Assembly: GCA_002747955.1 (NCBI GenBank) | Contig: PDQZ01000009.1 | Span: 949-64,948 of the forward strand | DNA: 64,000 nucleotides | Reading direction: 5' to 3' | Source of the DNA: Candidatus Campbellbacteria bacterium | GTDB lineage: Bacteria > Patescibacteriota > Minisyncoccia > Phycocordibacterales > GCA-2747955 | Part shown: positions 28,258-38,699 of the stretch, in pieces | Layout of the letters: each line of letters opens with the position of its first letter | How positions within the stretch are numbered: the first letter of the stretch is position 1 | The notes under the pieces: model-generated | Database searches by the model: none | The model's input: the letters and a program-made list of their open reading frames with translations, nothing else | Told to the model about the DNA's origin: nothing | Position numbers and translations under genes: made by a program

Positions 28258-29583
28258 ATGAAAAAAATAATAAATATATCAAAAAACTTTTTTAAAAATC
28301 TAGGGCCTGCTTTTTTGGTTATTGCTTTGGGAATTGGATCAGGAGAGTTTATTTTGTGGCCTTTTTTGTCTGCAAACTATGGTTTTGGAATTTTATATGG
28401 TGCTTTGTTTGGAATTTTTTTGCAATTAGTTTTGTTAAATATTATTACTAAAAATACGATTTTTCTAAAAGATGATATTGTTTCTATTTTTAAAAAAGTT
28501 TTTAAATATTCGGGAGTTTTAATTATTTTTACAACTTTAATTGGTTTTGGCTGGCCTGCTTTTGCTGCTTTGTCGTCTGAACTTTTAACAAAAAGTTTGA
28601 ATTTATCTAAAAGCCTTACTTTTATTTTACCATTGTTTTTTGTCACTCTTGCAGGACTGATGTTGATTATTTCAAAAAACGCATATAAAAAACTTTTGTT
28701 TTTACAAAAAATCAATATTTCAATTTTATTTTTAATTTCAATTTTTCTTTTTATTTTTTATTTTGACTTTCAAGAATTTCTAAATTTATTTAAAGGATTT
28801 TTGGGTCTTGGAAATGATTATTATTTTTTACCTTTGGGAATTTCTTTAACTGTCTTTTTGTCAGCTATTGTGTATGCTGGAAGTGGAGGAAACTTGATTT
28901 TAGCAAATTCTTTTTATTTAAATCAAGAACTAAAAAATCAGGAAAATAAAAATATTGAAGAGAAAAATCTTTATCAAAAATATTTAAAACATAATTTTTA
29001 TTTTTTCTTTTTAGGTGGACTTTTGATTATTTCAATTTTGTCTTACATTTCTTATGTTTCTTTAAAAAGTGTGGATGTGGTTTTAAATAAAGATTTTTCA
29101 TTTTTAATTTTTGAATCACAAAAATTTACCCAAGACATTTCTGTTTGGGTTGGATTGGTGTTTTTGTTTTCAGGAGCTTTTGCTATTTTTGGTGTTCAAA
29201 TTGGAATTTATGATTTTTTAGGTAGATTGGTTAAAAATATTTATAAAAAAGAAAAAGAAAAACAAAATATAAATTTAAGTGACAAAAAACTAAAAAAAGT
29301 TTACAATATTTCAGTTTTTGCAATTGCTTTTTTTGGATTTCTGGTTTTGCTTTCAGGCTTTGACCAGCCAAAGTCGCTTATTACAACAGGAGCTATCATC
29401 AATGCACTTTCAATGGCCGTTTTGTCTTTACTTTTGTTTTTTGTAGAAATAAAACTTTTCCAAAAAATTTATAAAAAAGGTGATTTTTCAAAAACAAAGA
29501 TTTTGTTTTATAAATTTATAACTTTATTTATGTTTCTATTCTATTTTTCTTTTTTTGTTTATGTTGCAAGAGATTTGTTTTAG
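28258..29583 (+). CDS. polytopic membrane protein, NRAMP-like divalent-metal transporter (tentative)
   Basis: GPAFLVIALGIGSGEFILWPFLSANYGFGILYGALFGIFLQ resembles the NRAMP N-terminal motif (GPGFL..DPGN..Q.GA.FGY.LL); about 11 TM segments. Confidence 0.4.
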   Translation: MKKIINISKNFFKNLGPAFLVIALGIGSGEFILWPFLSANYGFGILYGALFGIFLQLVLLNIITKNTIFLKDDIVSIFKKVFKYSGVLIIFTTLIGFGWPAFAALSSELLTKSLNLSKSLTFILPLFFVTLAGLMLIISKNAYKKLLFLQKINISILFLISIFLFIFYFDFQEFLNLFKGFLGLGNDYYFLPLGISLTVFLSAIVYAGSGGNLILANSFYLNQELKNQENKNIEEKNLYQKYLKHNFYFFFLGGLLIISILSYISYVSLKSVDVVLNKDFSFLIFESQKFTQDISVWVGLVFLFSGAFAIFGVQIGIYDFLGRLVKNIYKKEKEKQNINLSDKKLKKVYNISVFAIAFFGFLVLLSGFDQPKSLITTGAIINALSMAVLSLLLFFVEIKLFQKIYKKGDFSKTKILFYKFITLFMFLFYFSFFVYVARDLF

Positions 29584-29698
29584 ATTTTAAAAGAATAGAA
29601 GGAACTAAAAAACAAATTTCATTCTCAATTTAACTAAAATGTGCACTTTGTGTGAATTTTTCTTGATTTTATTTTTAAAAGGTATACAATAAAAGTAT

Positions 29699-30106
29699 AT
29701 GAAACACGAAACAATAGAAAAAATCAAATCATTAATCAATGTTTTTGCAACAACAATTGGAATAATTATTATTGCAATTGGATCTGTGATGGTTTTAAAC
29801 TCAGTTCTAAAACTTTATGTTTTTGGGATAGAAACAGATTCTTATTTTGATGCTGAACAAGAATGTATAAATGATATTAAATTAGAAGATAAGCTGGGCC
29901 CATCAGGTGAAATATTAGAGATAAAATATGGTGAGATTAGAAAAACACAAGAGTACAAAGATTGTATTATAGCAAAAACAGAACAAGAAAAAAGAAGTTA
30001 CAAAAAAGAAAAAACAGATAATATGGCAGATGGAATTCCATTTATCATTGTTGGGCTTGCTATTTTGGTTATTTACAGAACAAGAAAAGAAAAAAAGAAA
30101 AATTAG
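29699..30106 (+). CDS. small hypothetical membrane protein (135 aa)
   Basis: Two hydrophobic segments (N- and C-terminal); no motif. Confidence 0.45.
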   Translation: MKHETIEKIKSLINVFATTIGIIIIAIGSVMVLNSVLKLYVFGIETDSYFDAEQECINDIKLEDKLGPSGEILEIKYGEIRKTQEYKDCIIAKTEQEKRSYKKEKTDNMADGIPFIIVGLAILVIYRTRKEKKKN

Positions 30107-30167
30107 TTTAGTTTAAAACACCATTTAACAAAGTTAAATGGTTTTTTTTTTAAATTCAAAAAATTTA

Positions 30168-30214
30168 AGGCAAGGCCTTGTTAAGGCAAGGTCTTAACAA
30201 GGCCTTGCCTTGAA
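30168..30214. repeat. nested palindrome built from caagg/ccttg units (GGCAAGGCC family)
   Basis: aaggcaaggccttgttaag-gcaaggt-cttaacaaggccttgcctt (19-bp arms). Confidence 0.7.
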
Positions 30215-30275
30215 TTTGGGAGATAAGGTATTTCAACTTTATGGAGTTTTTAAAGTTTTGTGATAAAATGTAAAT

Positions 30276-31406
30276 ATGAAAATAGTAATAACAGGAGGTG
30301 GAAGTGGGGGACATTTTTACCCTTTAATTTCAGTGGTTGATAAAGTTCGAGAAATTGCTGATGAAAAAAATATTTTGCAACCCAAAATTATCTACATGGC
30401 CACAGAGCCTTATGATGAAGATATTTTGTTTAAAAATGAAATTGATTTTGTAAAAATCTCAGCTGGAAAATTAAGAAGATCTGGTGGTTTTTTTGCAAAT
30501 ATTATTGATATGTTTAAAACTGGTTGGGGAGTTTTGGACACTTTGGTTCGAATGTTTCAAATTTATCCTGATGTTGTTTTTACAAACGGAGGATATGTTG
30601 CTTTTCCAGTTGTGGTTTCAGCAAGGATTTTAAGAATCCCAGTTGTTATTCACGTTTCAGACACAGTTCCTTCAAGAGTTTTACTTTACGCAGGAAAGTT
30701 TGCTGAAAAAATTTCAATTTGTTTTCAAGAAGCAGCATCTTACTTTCCAAAAGAAAAAACAGCTCAACTTGGAAACCCAATTCGTGATGAAATCAAGTTT
30801 AAACAAAAAGACGATGCACACTCTTTCTTTTCTTTGTCACCAGATTTAAAAACAATTTGGGTTTTGGGTGGATCACAAGGAAGTCAGATTATAAACGACA
30901 CAGTGGTTCAAGCTTTGCCTGACTTGTTAAGAAATTACCAGATCATTCATCAAACAGGAAAGAAAAATTATGATGAAGTTTATGGTTCATCAGGAGTTGT
31001 TTTGCTTGATAATCCACACAAAGACAGATACAAAATCTATCCATATATGGACGACTTGATGATGAAAAAAGCAGCAGGTTGTGCTGACTTGGTTTTGATG
31101 CGTTCAGGGGCAGGAAGTATTAACGAAATTGCAAACTGGGGACTTGCTTCTGTTTTAATTCCAATTTCAAAACAAGTTTCAAGAGACCAAGAATCAAACG
31201 CTTTTGCTTATGCGCGTTCGGGAGCGGGGATTGTGATTCGTCAGAAAAACTTAACTCCGAATATTTTAAAATTTGAAATTAACAGAATTTTCGAAGACAA
31301 GCTAATAGAAGACATGCAGAAAAACGCTAAAGAGTTTTTTATTCCAGATGCTGAAACAAAAATTGCAAATGCTTTGATTGATGTTTTGGTTTCTCATCAA
31401 AAATAG
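30276..31406 (+). CDS. murG: MurG-family glycosyltransferase (UDP-GlcNAc:lipid I GlcNAc transferase-like)
   Basis: MKIVITGGGSGGHFYPLISV.. (GT28 G-loop), overall MurG architecture. Confidence 0.75.
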   Translation: MKIVITGGGSGGHFYPLISVVDKVREIADEKNILQPKIIYMATEPYDEDILFKNEIDFVKISAGKLRRSGGFFANIIDMFKTGWGVLDTLVRMFQIYPDVVFTNGGYVAFPVVVSARILRIPVVIHVSDTVPSRVLLYAGKFAEKISICFQEAASYFPKEKTAQLGNPIRDEIKFKQKDDAHSFFSLSPDLKTIWVLGGSQGSQIINDTVVQALPDLLRNYQIIHQTGKKNYDEVYGSSGVVLLDNPHKDRYKIYPYMDDLMMKKAAGCADLVLMRSGAGSINEIANWGLASVLIPISKQVSRDQESNAFAYARSGAGIVIRQKNLTPNILKFEINRIFEDKLIEDMQKNAKEFFIPDAETKIANALIDVLVSHQK

Positions 31407-31423
31407 TTTTAAAATTTTATTTT

Positions 31424-31744
31424 ATGTCAAAAAAATTTCAGAAAAAGAAAGAGGATTTTATTTGTCAAAACTGCGGGGCCGAAAATTTTGGAAATGGATA
31501 TACAAATCATTGTTCAGAATGTTTTTTTTCAAAACATGTTGATTTGAATGTCGGAGACAGGTTAAACGAATGCGGTGGTTTGATGGAAGTTTCAGATTAC
31601 AAAGTTGTAAAAGGGAAATATATTTTGACACATAAGTGTTTGAAGTGTGGTCAAAAAGTAAATGACAAATTCAGAGAGGGAGTAGATAATTTTGATAATT
31701 TTTTAGAAATTGTTCAAAAAATAAATAGTAAAAAAGAAATTTAA
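31424..31744 (+). CDS. zinc-ribbon hypothetical protein
   Basis: Two CxxC pairs (CQNCG..CSEC and CLKCG). Confidence 0.5.
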   Translation: MSKKFQKKKEDFICQNCGAENFGNGYTNHCSECFFSKHVDLNVGDRLNECGGLMEVSDYKVVKGKYILTHKCLKCGQKVNDKFREGVDNFDNFLEIVQKINSKKEI

Positions 31745-31753
31745 TTTATAAAA

Positions 31754-32302
31754 ATGTATCAAGTTTACCAAACAAAAGCTTTTATTTTAAAATCAGAAAC
31801 ACAAAAAGAACAAGATCAGAAAGTTCTTGTCTTTTCTTTTGAATTTGGTTTGGTTTGGGTCAATGTAAGTTCATCTAAAAAAGACGGTTCGAAAATGAGA
31901 AATTTTTTGCAGAATTTTACTTTTGCTGATTTGTATTTAGTGGTTGGAAAAGGTGGTTTTCGTTTAACAGGCGGACAGTTTCTGGAGAATTTTTATTACG
32001 CTTTTAAATACAACAAAGAAGAAAAAATTAGAATTGTTCAAAATATTTTTAACTTAATTTCTAAAAATTTGATTTCACAGCATCCTGAAAAAGAAATTTT
32101 CAGTTTATTTGAAAAGTTTGTTTTTGAAATTAAAGATTTGAAAGATTTAAAAAGTGTAAAAGAAAAAGAGCTTATTTTTTTGGCAAACTTTTTGTTTCAA
32201 CTTGGGTATTTTGAAGAAAAGTATATTTTAAAAGATAATTTTTCAAAACAAGATTTTGAACTTTTGCAAAAAAAGGTAAATGAAGTTTTTAGGAATATGT
32301 AG
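31754..32302 (+). CDS. hypothetical protein; weak RecO-like N-terminal pattern
   Basis: OB-like N-terminus (..KAFILKSETQKEQDQKVLVFSFEFGLVWV..); assignment tentative. Confidence 0.3.
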   Translation: MYQVYQTKAFILKSETQKEQDQKVLVFSFEFGLVWVNVSSSKKDGSKMRNFLQNFTFADLYLVVGKGGFRLTGGQFLENFYYAFKYNKEEKIRIVQNIFNLISKNLISQHPEKEIFSLFEKFVFEIKDLKDLKSVKEKELIFLANFLFQLGYFEEKYILKDNFSKQDFELLQKKVNEVFRNM

Positions 32303-32326
32303 GAAAACGAAAACCAAGCCCGAAAT

Positions 32327-32404
32327 TTTGAAAAAGTTTTTGGAAAAAGTTGAAAGGCTTGTGCCTTTCAACTTTTTCCAAAAACTTTTTCAAAATTTCG
32401 GGTT
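32327..32404. terminator. long nested-palindrome terminator (gcccgaaattttg..tttttggaaaaa.. family)
   Basis: agcccgaaattttgaaaaagtttttggaaaaagttgaaaggcttgtgcctttcaactttttccaaaaactttttcaaaatttcgggt; related element at 40264-40350. Confidence 0.7.
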
Positions 32405-32498
32405 TGTTTTCAAAACCAAAAACTTGCTAAATTGTCAAGTATATTGTAAAATATACTAGGAAATCATTTAAAATTTTTTTAACAAAAGGGAGAAAAAA

Positions 32499-32912
32499 AT
32501 GAGTAGGTTAGGTGGAAAAAAACCAGTAAGAAAAGATTTTTCTGAGTGTAGAACCCTGGAGGAGTTAATTTCTTTCATTAGTGAAAGAGGGTACAGAATT
32601 TTATCAGCTCAAAATGTATCTGACAAAAAAAGAAAGGTTGTATTTATAATAGATTCCGAAGTCTTTTATACTATTATAAACATCGAAGACAATAAAGAAA
32701 AGGAGGTTAAAACAGGTGAAAAGAAAAGCATAATAGGTCAAATTCTTGAAATAGGCAGACCTATTTCTGAAAAAACTAAAAAAGACAACGAAGGTGGATA
32801 TAAAAAGACAATCACTTTTCGGAAAAAAGACGGAGGTGGATTGTTCAAGTTGAGTTTTGTTGCAAAGCCGGAGGTGGAGAATGAAGGAACTTTTGCAAAA
32901 AATTATTTTTGA
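32499..32912 (+). CDS. hypothetical protein (137 aa)
   Basis: RBS gggagaaaaaaATG; no motif. Confidence 0.5.
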   Translation: MSRLGGKKPVRKDFSECRTLEELISFISERGYRILSAQNVSDKKRKVVFIIDSEVFYTIINIEDNKEKEVKTGEKKSIIGQILEIGRPISEKTKKDNEGGYKKTITFRKKDGGGLFKLSFVAKPEVENEGTFAKNYF

Positions 32913-33280
32913 ATTTAAAAAATTTTTTTTGATAATGAAAGGGTATCAGTACACCTTTTCATTTAAGACAGAAAAAAATGGAAGAAGGATGGTGGTATTT
33001 TGCTTTGAAAAAGAAAGGTACCTTTATCCAAAAAATTTCTCTTATAATAGAACATCGTTACTTTCCGTTAGAAGAAAAACAAAAAAATTATACTTATTTG
33101 TATAATCTTTTAGGGACAGAAGCAACTTGTTTGCTTCTGTTTTATTTTTTGTGATTGGTCCCCAGAAATTTGGCTGTGTGGTTTTGTGTGCTAAATTTCT
33201 GGGGAAATTAAGTATTGTAAAAAAAATAAAATATTTTATAATATCAAAGCTTTTTTAACCAAACAAAATGGAGAATATAA

Positions 33281-33454
33281 ATGAGCAAAAAAATTGTTGT
33301 TGATGGCGTTGCAACTAAAACCGATTTTGACAATTGGTTCGAATATGATAGAAGCCAAAGAGATGGTTTTTATCAGCTGGGAAATGGTAAGGTGAGAGTA
33401 TACTACTCTTGTTTTAGAACAGGCAATCGTTTTCATCAAGATTTAAAACAATAA
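33281..33454 (+). CDS. small ORF (57 aa) not in the provided ORF track
   Basis: GGAG 8 nt upstream of ATG 33281; MSKKIVVDGVATKTDFDNWFEYDRSQRDGFYQLGNGKVRVYYSCFRTGNRFHQDLKQ; followed by hairpin cggcggaaaa..ttttccgcc + T-run. Confidence 0.45.
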   Translation: MSKKIVVDGVATKTDFDNWFEYDRSQRDGFYQLGNGKVRVYYSCFRTGNRFHQDLKQ

Positions 33455-33785
33455 CTTTTTGGTTATTGTTCGGCGGAAAATTTTAAAATTTTAATTTTCA
33501 AATTTTTCCGCCTTTTTTATTATTCCTTATATTAAAACTGGTGTTTAAAAACTGTTTAGAAATAAGAGCTTCAAATTGACTTGAAGTTTAAAATTTGTTA
33601 AAATATCAGTTACAATTTTACTTATTAATAATTTTATTTCGAATAAAATTTTTTAATTTTCAGTAATTTATTATATAAAGTAAAACTGTATTTAGTCATT
33701 GACTAAATTAGTTAAAATAGGAAAAAACCTATTTTTAATTTGCAAATTATTATTAAAAATAAATTAAATTTAAAAGAAAAATAAA

Positions 33786-34976
33786 ATGTCAGAATTTGAT
33801 AGAAATAAACCACATATGAATGTGGGAACACTGGGTCACGTTGACCACGGTAAAACTACACTTACAGCTGCTATCTTGAACTCACTTCACTTAGCAGGTG
33901 AAAATGTAACATTAAAAAACATCGATGATATCGATAATGCTCCAGAAGAAAAGGAAAGAGGAATTACAATTGCTCTTTCTCACAACGAGTATGAAACTGC
34001 AAACAGACACTATGCACACATTGATGCTCCAGGTCACGCAGACTACATTAAAAACATGATTACTGGTGCTGCACAAATGGATGGATCAATCTTGGTTGTT
34101 GCTGCAACAGACGGTCTTATGCCACAAACAAGAGAACACATTCTTTTGGCAAAACAAGTTGGTGTGCCAAAAATGATTGTATTTCTAAACAAAATGGATA
34201 TGGTAGATGATCCAGATATGGTTGAATTAGTTGAAGAAGAAATTAAAGAAACTCTAGACCAATACGGATTTGATGCAGAAGGAACACCATTTATCAAAGG
34301 TTCAGCTCTAAAAGCAGCAGAAGCAACAGATGTGAATGACGAATGGGTACAAAAAGTTCTAGAACTTACAAATGCAATGGACACATGGTTTGATATTCCA
34401 GAAAGAGATCTTGATGGAGACTTCCTAATGCCTATTGAAGACATCTTCTCAATCGAAGGTAGAGGAACAGTAGCAACAGGAAAAATCGAAAGAGGTAAAG
34501 TTGTTGTTGGAGAAGAAATCGAAATTGTTGGTATTAAAGACACAACAAAAACAACAGTTACAGGAGTTGAAATGTTTAACAAACAACTTCAAGAAGGACA
34601 TGCGGGAGACAACGCTGGTATTTTGTTAAGAGGAACTAAAAAAGAAGACATCACAAGAGGTCAAGTTCTTGCAAAACCAGGATCAATTACTCCACACACA
34701 GAATTCGAAGCTGAAGTTTATGTTTTGAAAAAAGAAGAAGGTGGAAGACATACTCCATTCTTTACAGGTTACAAACCACAGTTTTACGTTAGAACAACAG
34801 ACGTAACAGGAGAAGTTACTCTAAACGAAGGTGTTGAAATGGTTATGCCAGGAGATACAGCAACATTTAAAGTAAAACTACACACTCCAATTGCTATTGA
34901 AGATAAAATGAAATTTACTTTGAGAGAAGGAGGTAGAACTGTTGGTGCTGGAGTTGTAACAAAAATTATTGGATAA
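33786..34976 (+). CDS. tuf: translation elongation factor Tu
   Basis: [39 protein letters not shown] motifs. Confidence 0.95.
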   Translation: MSEFDRNKPHMNVGTLGHVDHGKTTLTAAILNSLHLAGENVTLKNIDDIDNAPEEKERGITIALSHNEYETANRHYAHIDAPGHADYIKNMITGAAQMDGSILVVAATDGLMPQTREHILLAKQVGVPKMIVFLNKMDMVDDPDMVELVEEEIKETLDQYGFDAEGTPFIKGSALKAAEATDVNDEWVQKVLELTNAMDTWFDIPERDLDGDFLMPIEDIFSIEGRGTVATGKIERGKVVVGEEIEIVGIKDTTKTTVTGVEMFNKQLQEGHAGDNAGILLRGTKKEDITRGQVLAKPGSITPHTEFEAEVYVLKKEEGGRHTPFFTGYKPQFYVRTTDVTGEVTLNEGVEMVMPGDTATFKVKLHTPIAIEDKMKFTLREGGRTVGAGVVTKIIG

Positions 34977-34987
34977 TAAAACTTACA

Positions 34988-35323
34988 ATGACAGAAGCAA
35001 AAACAAAAAAGAAAGATTCATCAATTTTAAGAATTATTGTTTCTGCTTTCGAGGCAAAAATGCTTGATAAATCTATCAAAGAGATTTTAGCTCAAACAGA
35101 TAGATTAGAAGCTGAAGTAAAAGGTCCTGTACCACTTCCAACAAAACAAAAAAAATGGACAGTGAACAGATCATCTTTTATTTATGAAGCTTCAAAGGAA
35201 CAATACGAAATGAAAGTTCACAGAAGATTGATAGATATAGTGAATCCATCAGATAAAGTTATTCAAGCTTTATCATCACTTGCACTTCCAACAGGAGTGA
35301 ACGTTGATGTAAAAATGGTATAA
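34988..35323 (+). CDS. rpsJ: 30S ribosomal protein S10
   Basis: ..RIIVSAFEAKMLDKSIKEI.. S10 signature; directly after tuf. Confidence 0.9.
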   Translation: MTEAKTKKKDSSILRIIVSAFEAKMLDKSIKEILAQTDRLEAEVKGPVPLPTKQKKWTVNRSSFIYEASKEQYEMKVHRRLIDIVNPSDKVIQALSSLALPTGVNVDVKMV

Positions 35324-35489
35324 ACATATCAATATTCATAGAGTTTACAAGTTAGCTTGTAGACTCTATTGAGTATTTATATACTCGAATTTAAAATTTT
35401 GAATTTAAAATCTAACTTTGCCAAAGACAAAGCAATAGTGCAGACCAATATTTTTAATTTAAAAACAAGTCTGTTAATTTAAGAAAAAT

Positions 35490-36101
35490 ATGAACAAATT
35501 TATTTTAGGTCAAAAAGACAGAATGACACAAATTTTCGATGAAGAAGGAAAAGTTGTGCCAACAACAGTTATAAACATTGCTGAAAATGTTGTAACACAA
35601 ACAAAAACAGAACAAAATGACGGTTACAATTCTGTTCAATTAGCAACAGGAGAAAAGAAAGAAAAAAACTTAACAAAAGCTCAAAAAGGACATTTAGGAA
35701 AAGCTTTCAGATTCGTAAAAGAATTTAGATTAAAAGAAGAACCTGAATTGAAAAAAGGAGATGTTGTTACTTTGGAAGGTTTTGAAGTAGGAGATAAAAT
35801 TACAATTTCTTCTGTTTCAAAAGGAAAAGGTTTCCAAGGTGGTGTTAAAAGATACAATTTCTCAGGAGGTAGAAGATCACATGGTAACAAGCATGCTGAA
35901 AGAGAAGTAGGATCAATTGGTGCTGGAACAACTCCCGGAAGAGTTTGGAAAGGTAAAAAAATGCCCGGAAGAATGGGATCAGACAGAATTACTGTTAAAA
36001 ACTTGAAAATTGTTAAAATTGACAATGAAAATAACAGAATTTTTGTGAAAGGAGCAGTGGCTGGTAAAGCTGGTGACCTTGTAGAAATCGTAAAAAACTA
36101 A
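35490..36101 (+). CDS. rplC: 50S ribosomal protein L3
   Basis: ..KGKGFQGGVKRYNFSGG.. L3 signature. Confidence 0.9.
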   Translation: MNKFILGQKDRMTQIFDEEGKVVPTTVINIAENVVTQTKTEQNDGYNSVQLATGEKKEKNLTKAQKGHLGKAFRFVKEFRLKEEPELKKGDVVTLEGFEVGDKITISSVSKGKGFQGGVKRYNFSGGRRSHGNKHAEREVGSIGAGTTPGRVWKGKKMPGRMGSDRITVKNLKIVKIDNENNRIFVKGAVAGKAGDLVEIVKN

Positions 36102-36102
36102 A

Positions 36103-36158
36103 AAACAAAAACCGCAAAATTTGACAAACACAAAAACGCAGTCAAATTTTGCGGTTTT
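36103..36158. terminator. long hairpin terminator after rplC
   Basis: aaaaaccgcaaaatttgac..gtcaaattttgcggttttt. Confidence 0.7.
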
Positions 36159-36294
36159 TAACTTAAAAAACTCCAACACCAAGCTTTTAAAAACTTTTCC
36201 ACATCTATATTTTTAAAGCATTTATATAAAAACTTAATTTTGATATAATATTTGTATAAATATAGCAATATATTTTAATTAAATAAAAACAAAT

Positions 36295-36693
36295 ATGAAA
36301 AAAACATTTTTAGCAACAGCTATTTTAGCTATTGCACCAGCAATAACATTTGCTGCACAACAAAATAATGATACTCTTTTTACAAAAGCAACAGGTTGGA
36401 TAAGTACTTTAAACGTGATTTTGTTCTCAGTGGTGGTCCTTGCGTTTACAACTGGAGTTGCTCTTTACGTTTTTGATAAAGAAAAAAATCCAGAAAAACT
36501 AAAATCAAGAATTTTGTGGCCTTTAGTTGCTGTTATTGTTTTGGCTTCTTTGTGGGGGATAGTAAAGTTGGTTCAAACTACTATATTTGGTTCAGGAAAT
36601 CAAAACAATGCTGGTGATATTACAGCTCCAGCATTGCCAGGAGCGGGGACATCAACATCAACACAAACACAAAACATAGGTCCACAAATATAG
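36295..36693 (+). CDS. small secreted membrane protein; signal peptide + two TM helices (VirB2/TrbC-pilin-like topology, tentative)
   Basis: MKKTFLATAILAIAPAITFA|AQQ signal peptide, two hydrophobic helices, Gly/Thr/Ser-rich tail; inserted between rplC and rplD. Confidence 0.5.
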   Translation: MKKTFLATAILAIAPAITFAAQQNNDTLFTKATGWISTLNVILFSVVVLAFTTGVALYVFDKEKNPEKLKSRILWPLVAVIVLASLWGIVKLVQTTIFGSGNQNNAGDITAPALPGAGTSTSTQTQNIGPQI

Positions 36694-36750
36694 AATATAT
36701 TTACAAAAAACCGCCAAGCAAAAGGTGGTTTTTTAAATCATAAGAAAAAA

Positions 36751-36798
36751 CAAGGCCTTGCCTTAACAAGGCCTTGCCTTGTTAAGGCAAGGCCTTAA
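36751..36798. repeat. nested palindrome of the GGCAAGGCC family
   Basis: caaggccttgccttaacaaggccttgccttgttaaggcaaggcctta (18-bp arms, loop ccttg). Confidence 0.7.
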
Positions 36799-37031
36799 AT
36801 AATTTCTTATAAAATGTGTTTTTATTTTATTATTAGAGGAAGGGTTTATAAAAAATATTAAAAAACCAAAAGTAGAAAAAACTGGGTGGTTGTGTTTGTT
36901 TTTTCTGCTTTTTTGTTGAAGCTGTTTATTTGATGCAATGGTACATTTCTTGACTTTATTTAATATATATTGTATTATGTATATGGTTTTCTATAAACCA
37001 TTTTTTTAGTTAAACTCGATAGGAGAAAAAA

Positions 37032-37397
37032 ATGAAAAAATTTTTATTTTTGCAATTAGTTTTTTTGGCAAGCATCGTTAAAGCAGGGCTTGCCCCCATG
37101 CCAGAATTTAAGCTGGGTCAAGAAAACATGAGCTTCGTTAAAGTTTGGCTTAAACGAAACTTAAATTGTAAAAAAGAAATGCTTGATGATTTTGGATATA
37201 AGTATATGGGGCAAGCTTATATCAAACAAGATGGTGAGTGGAGGCACTCATTTTTAATATATGTCCCTGATTGCATAAAGTTAACACCGTTTTTTATTGG
37301 AGAAAAAAACTTGGTGTTAATTAAAAACGGAGATTCGCCCGAAAATTTTCAAGACGAAAATTTTCGGAAAATATATAATCAAAAAATGAAAAAATAA
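37032..37397 (+). CDS. secreted hypothetical protein (121 aa)
   Basis: RBS aggagaaaaaaATG; signal peptide MKKFLFLQLVFLASIVKA. Confidence 0.5.
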   Translation: MKKFLFLQLVFLASIVKAGLAPMPEFKLGQENMSFVKVWLKRNLNCKKEMLDDFGYKYMGQAYIKQDGEWRHSFLIYVPDCIKLTPFFIGEKNLVLIKNGDSPENFQDENFRKIYNQKMKK

Positions 37398-37676
37398 AGT
37401 TCATATATTAGCTTTGTGACAGGCTTTGTCTGTCACTTTTTTTATTAAAAAATTTTTGGCATTTTGAGTTTTTTATGTTATAATACAAGGAAATTTTGAG
37501 AGAATTTTTAAAAGTTTTTAGATAGTTTGCCCGAAAAAAAGCGAAGCTTTTTTTCGGGGGAACAATTTTGAAAGTTTTTAATTTTCAAAAAAAGTTTGGC
37601 ATCTTTTTAAAAAAATGTCTCGGAGAAATCCCATTATCAATGACCGAAATTAAGTAAGTCAATAATAAAATTTATT

Positions 37677-38342
37677 ATGAAAATAAAAGTTTACGATATT
37701 AAAGGTAAAGAAAAAGAAGAAATTTCATTACCAAAAGAAATATTTGGTTTGGAACTGAACAACGATTTAGTTCACCAAACAGCAGTGTCAATGATGTCAA
37801 ATCAAAGACAAGTCATCGCTTCTACAAAAGGAAGAGGGGAAGTTTCAGGAGGTGGAAAAAAACCTTGGAAACAAAAAGGAACAGGTAGAGCAAGACACGG
37901 ATCTTCAAGATCACCAATTTGGAGAGGCGGAGGAATCACATTTGGTCCTACAAATCAAAGAAATTTTGACAAAAAAATTAACAAAAAAGCAAAAACAAAA
38001 GCATTGTTCCAAGTTTTGTCACAAAAACTAAAAAACAATCAAATTATTTTTGTTGATCAAATTTCTTTTGATGCTCCAAAAACAAAACAAGCAGTTGAAA
38101 TGTTAAAAGATTTATCAAAAATCAAAGGTTTTGAAGACATTTTAACTAAAAGCAAAAATTCTGCATTGATTACAAACACAGAATTAAACCCAAACAATCT
38201 AAAATCTTTTGCAAACTTGAAAAATGTAGCAACAGATGAGTTAAGAAAATTAAATATTTTGGATTTATTAAAATATAAATATTTAATCATCTCAAACCCA
38301 AAAGAAACTTTGGAAATATTAGAAAGTAAATTAAACAAATAA
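37677..38342 (+). CDS. rplD: 50S ribosomal protein L4
   Basis: ..KPWKQKGTGRARHGSSRSPIWRGGGITFGP.. L4 signature. Confidence 0.9.
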   Translation: MKIKVYDIKGKEKEEISLPKEIFGLELNNDLVHQTAVSMMSNQRQVIASTKGRGEVSGGGKKPWKQKGTGRARHGSSRSPIWRGGGITFGPTNQRNFDKKINKKAKTKALFQVLSQKLKNNQIIFVDQISFDAPKTKQAVEMLKDLSKIKGFEDILTKSKNSALITNTELNPNNLKSFANLKNVATDELRKLNILDLLKYKYLIISNPKETLEILESKLNK

Positions 38343-38344
38343 TT

Positions 38345-38647
38345 ATGACAGAAGAAAAAAAAGTAAATATCCCTGTTTTAAAAAATGTGATTAAAAAACC
38401 ACATTTAACAGAAAAAGCAACTTTATTGTCAGAAAAAAATGTTTATGTTTTCGAAGTTGAAAAAAGTGCTAACAAAACAGAAGTTAAAAAAGAAATCGAA
38501 AGAATTTACAAAGTAAAACCTGTTAAAGTAAATATTGCTGTTACAGGAGACGAAAAAGTATTTGTAAGAGGAAAATGGGGGGTTAAAAGAGGAATTAAAA
38601 AAGCTTATGTTTACCTCAAAAAAGGAGACAAAATAAGCGTTATCTAA
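38345..38647 (+). CDS. rplW: 50S ribosomal protein L23
   Basis: Size, basic composition and position between rplD and rplB; ..KPHLTEKATLLSEKNVYVFEV.. Confidence 0.85.
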   Translation: MTEEKKVNIPVLKNVIKKPHLTEKATLLSEKNVYVFEVEKSANKTEVKKEIERIYKVKPVKVNIAVTGDEKVFVRGKWGVKRGIKKAYVYLKKGDKISVI

Positions 38648-38699
38648 AATTATAAATTAAATTATAGGTGATAAAACACCTGATAAGTAAAATAAAATT

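Noticed and set aside
32857-33105. 82-aa ORF overlapping the end of 32499..32912
   Set aside because: It overlaps the preceding gene out of frame, has no clear RBS and an odd composition; kept only as a weak possibility of a small downstream ORF starting at 32935
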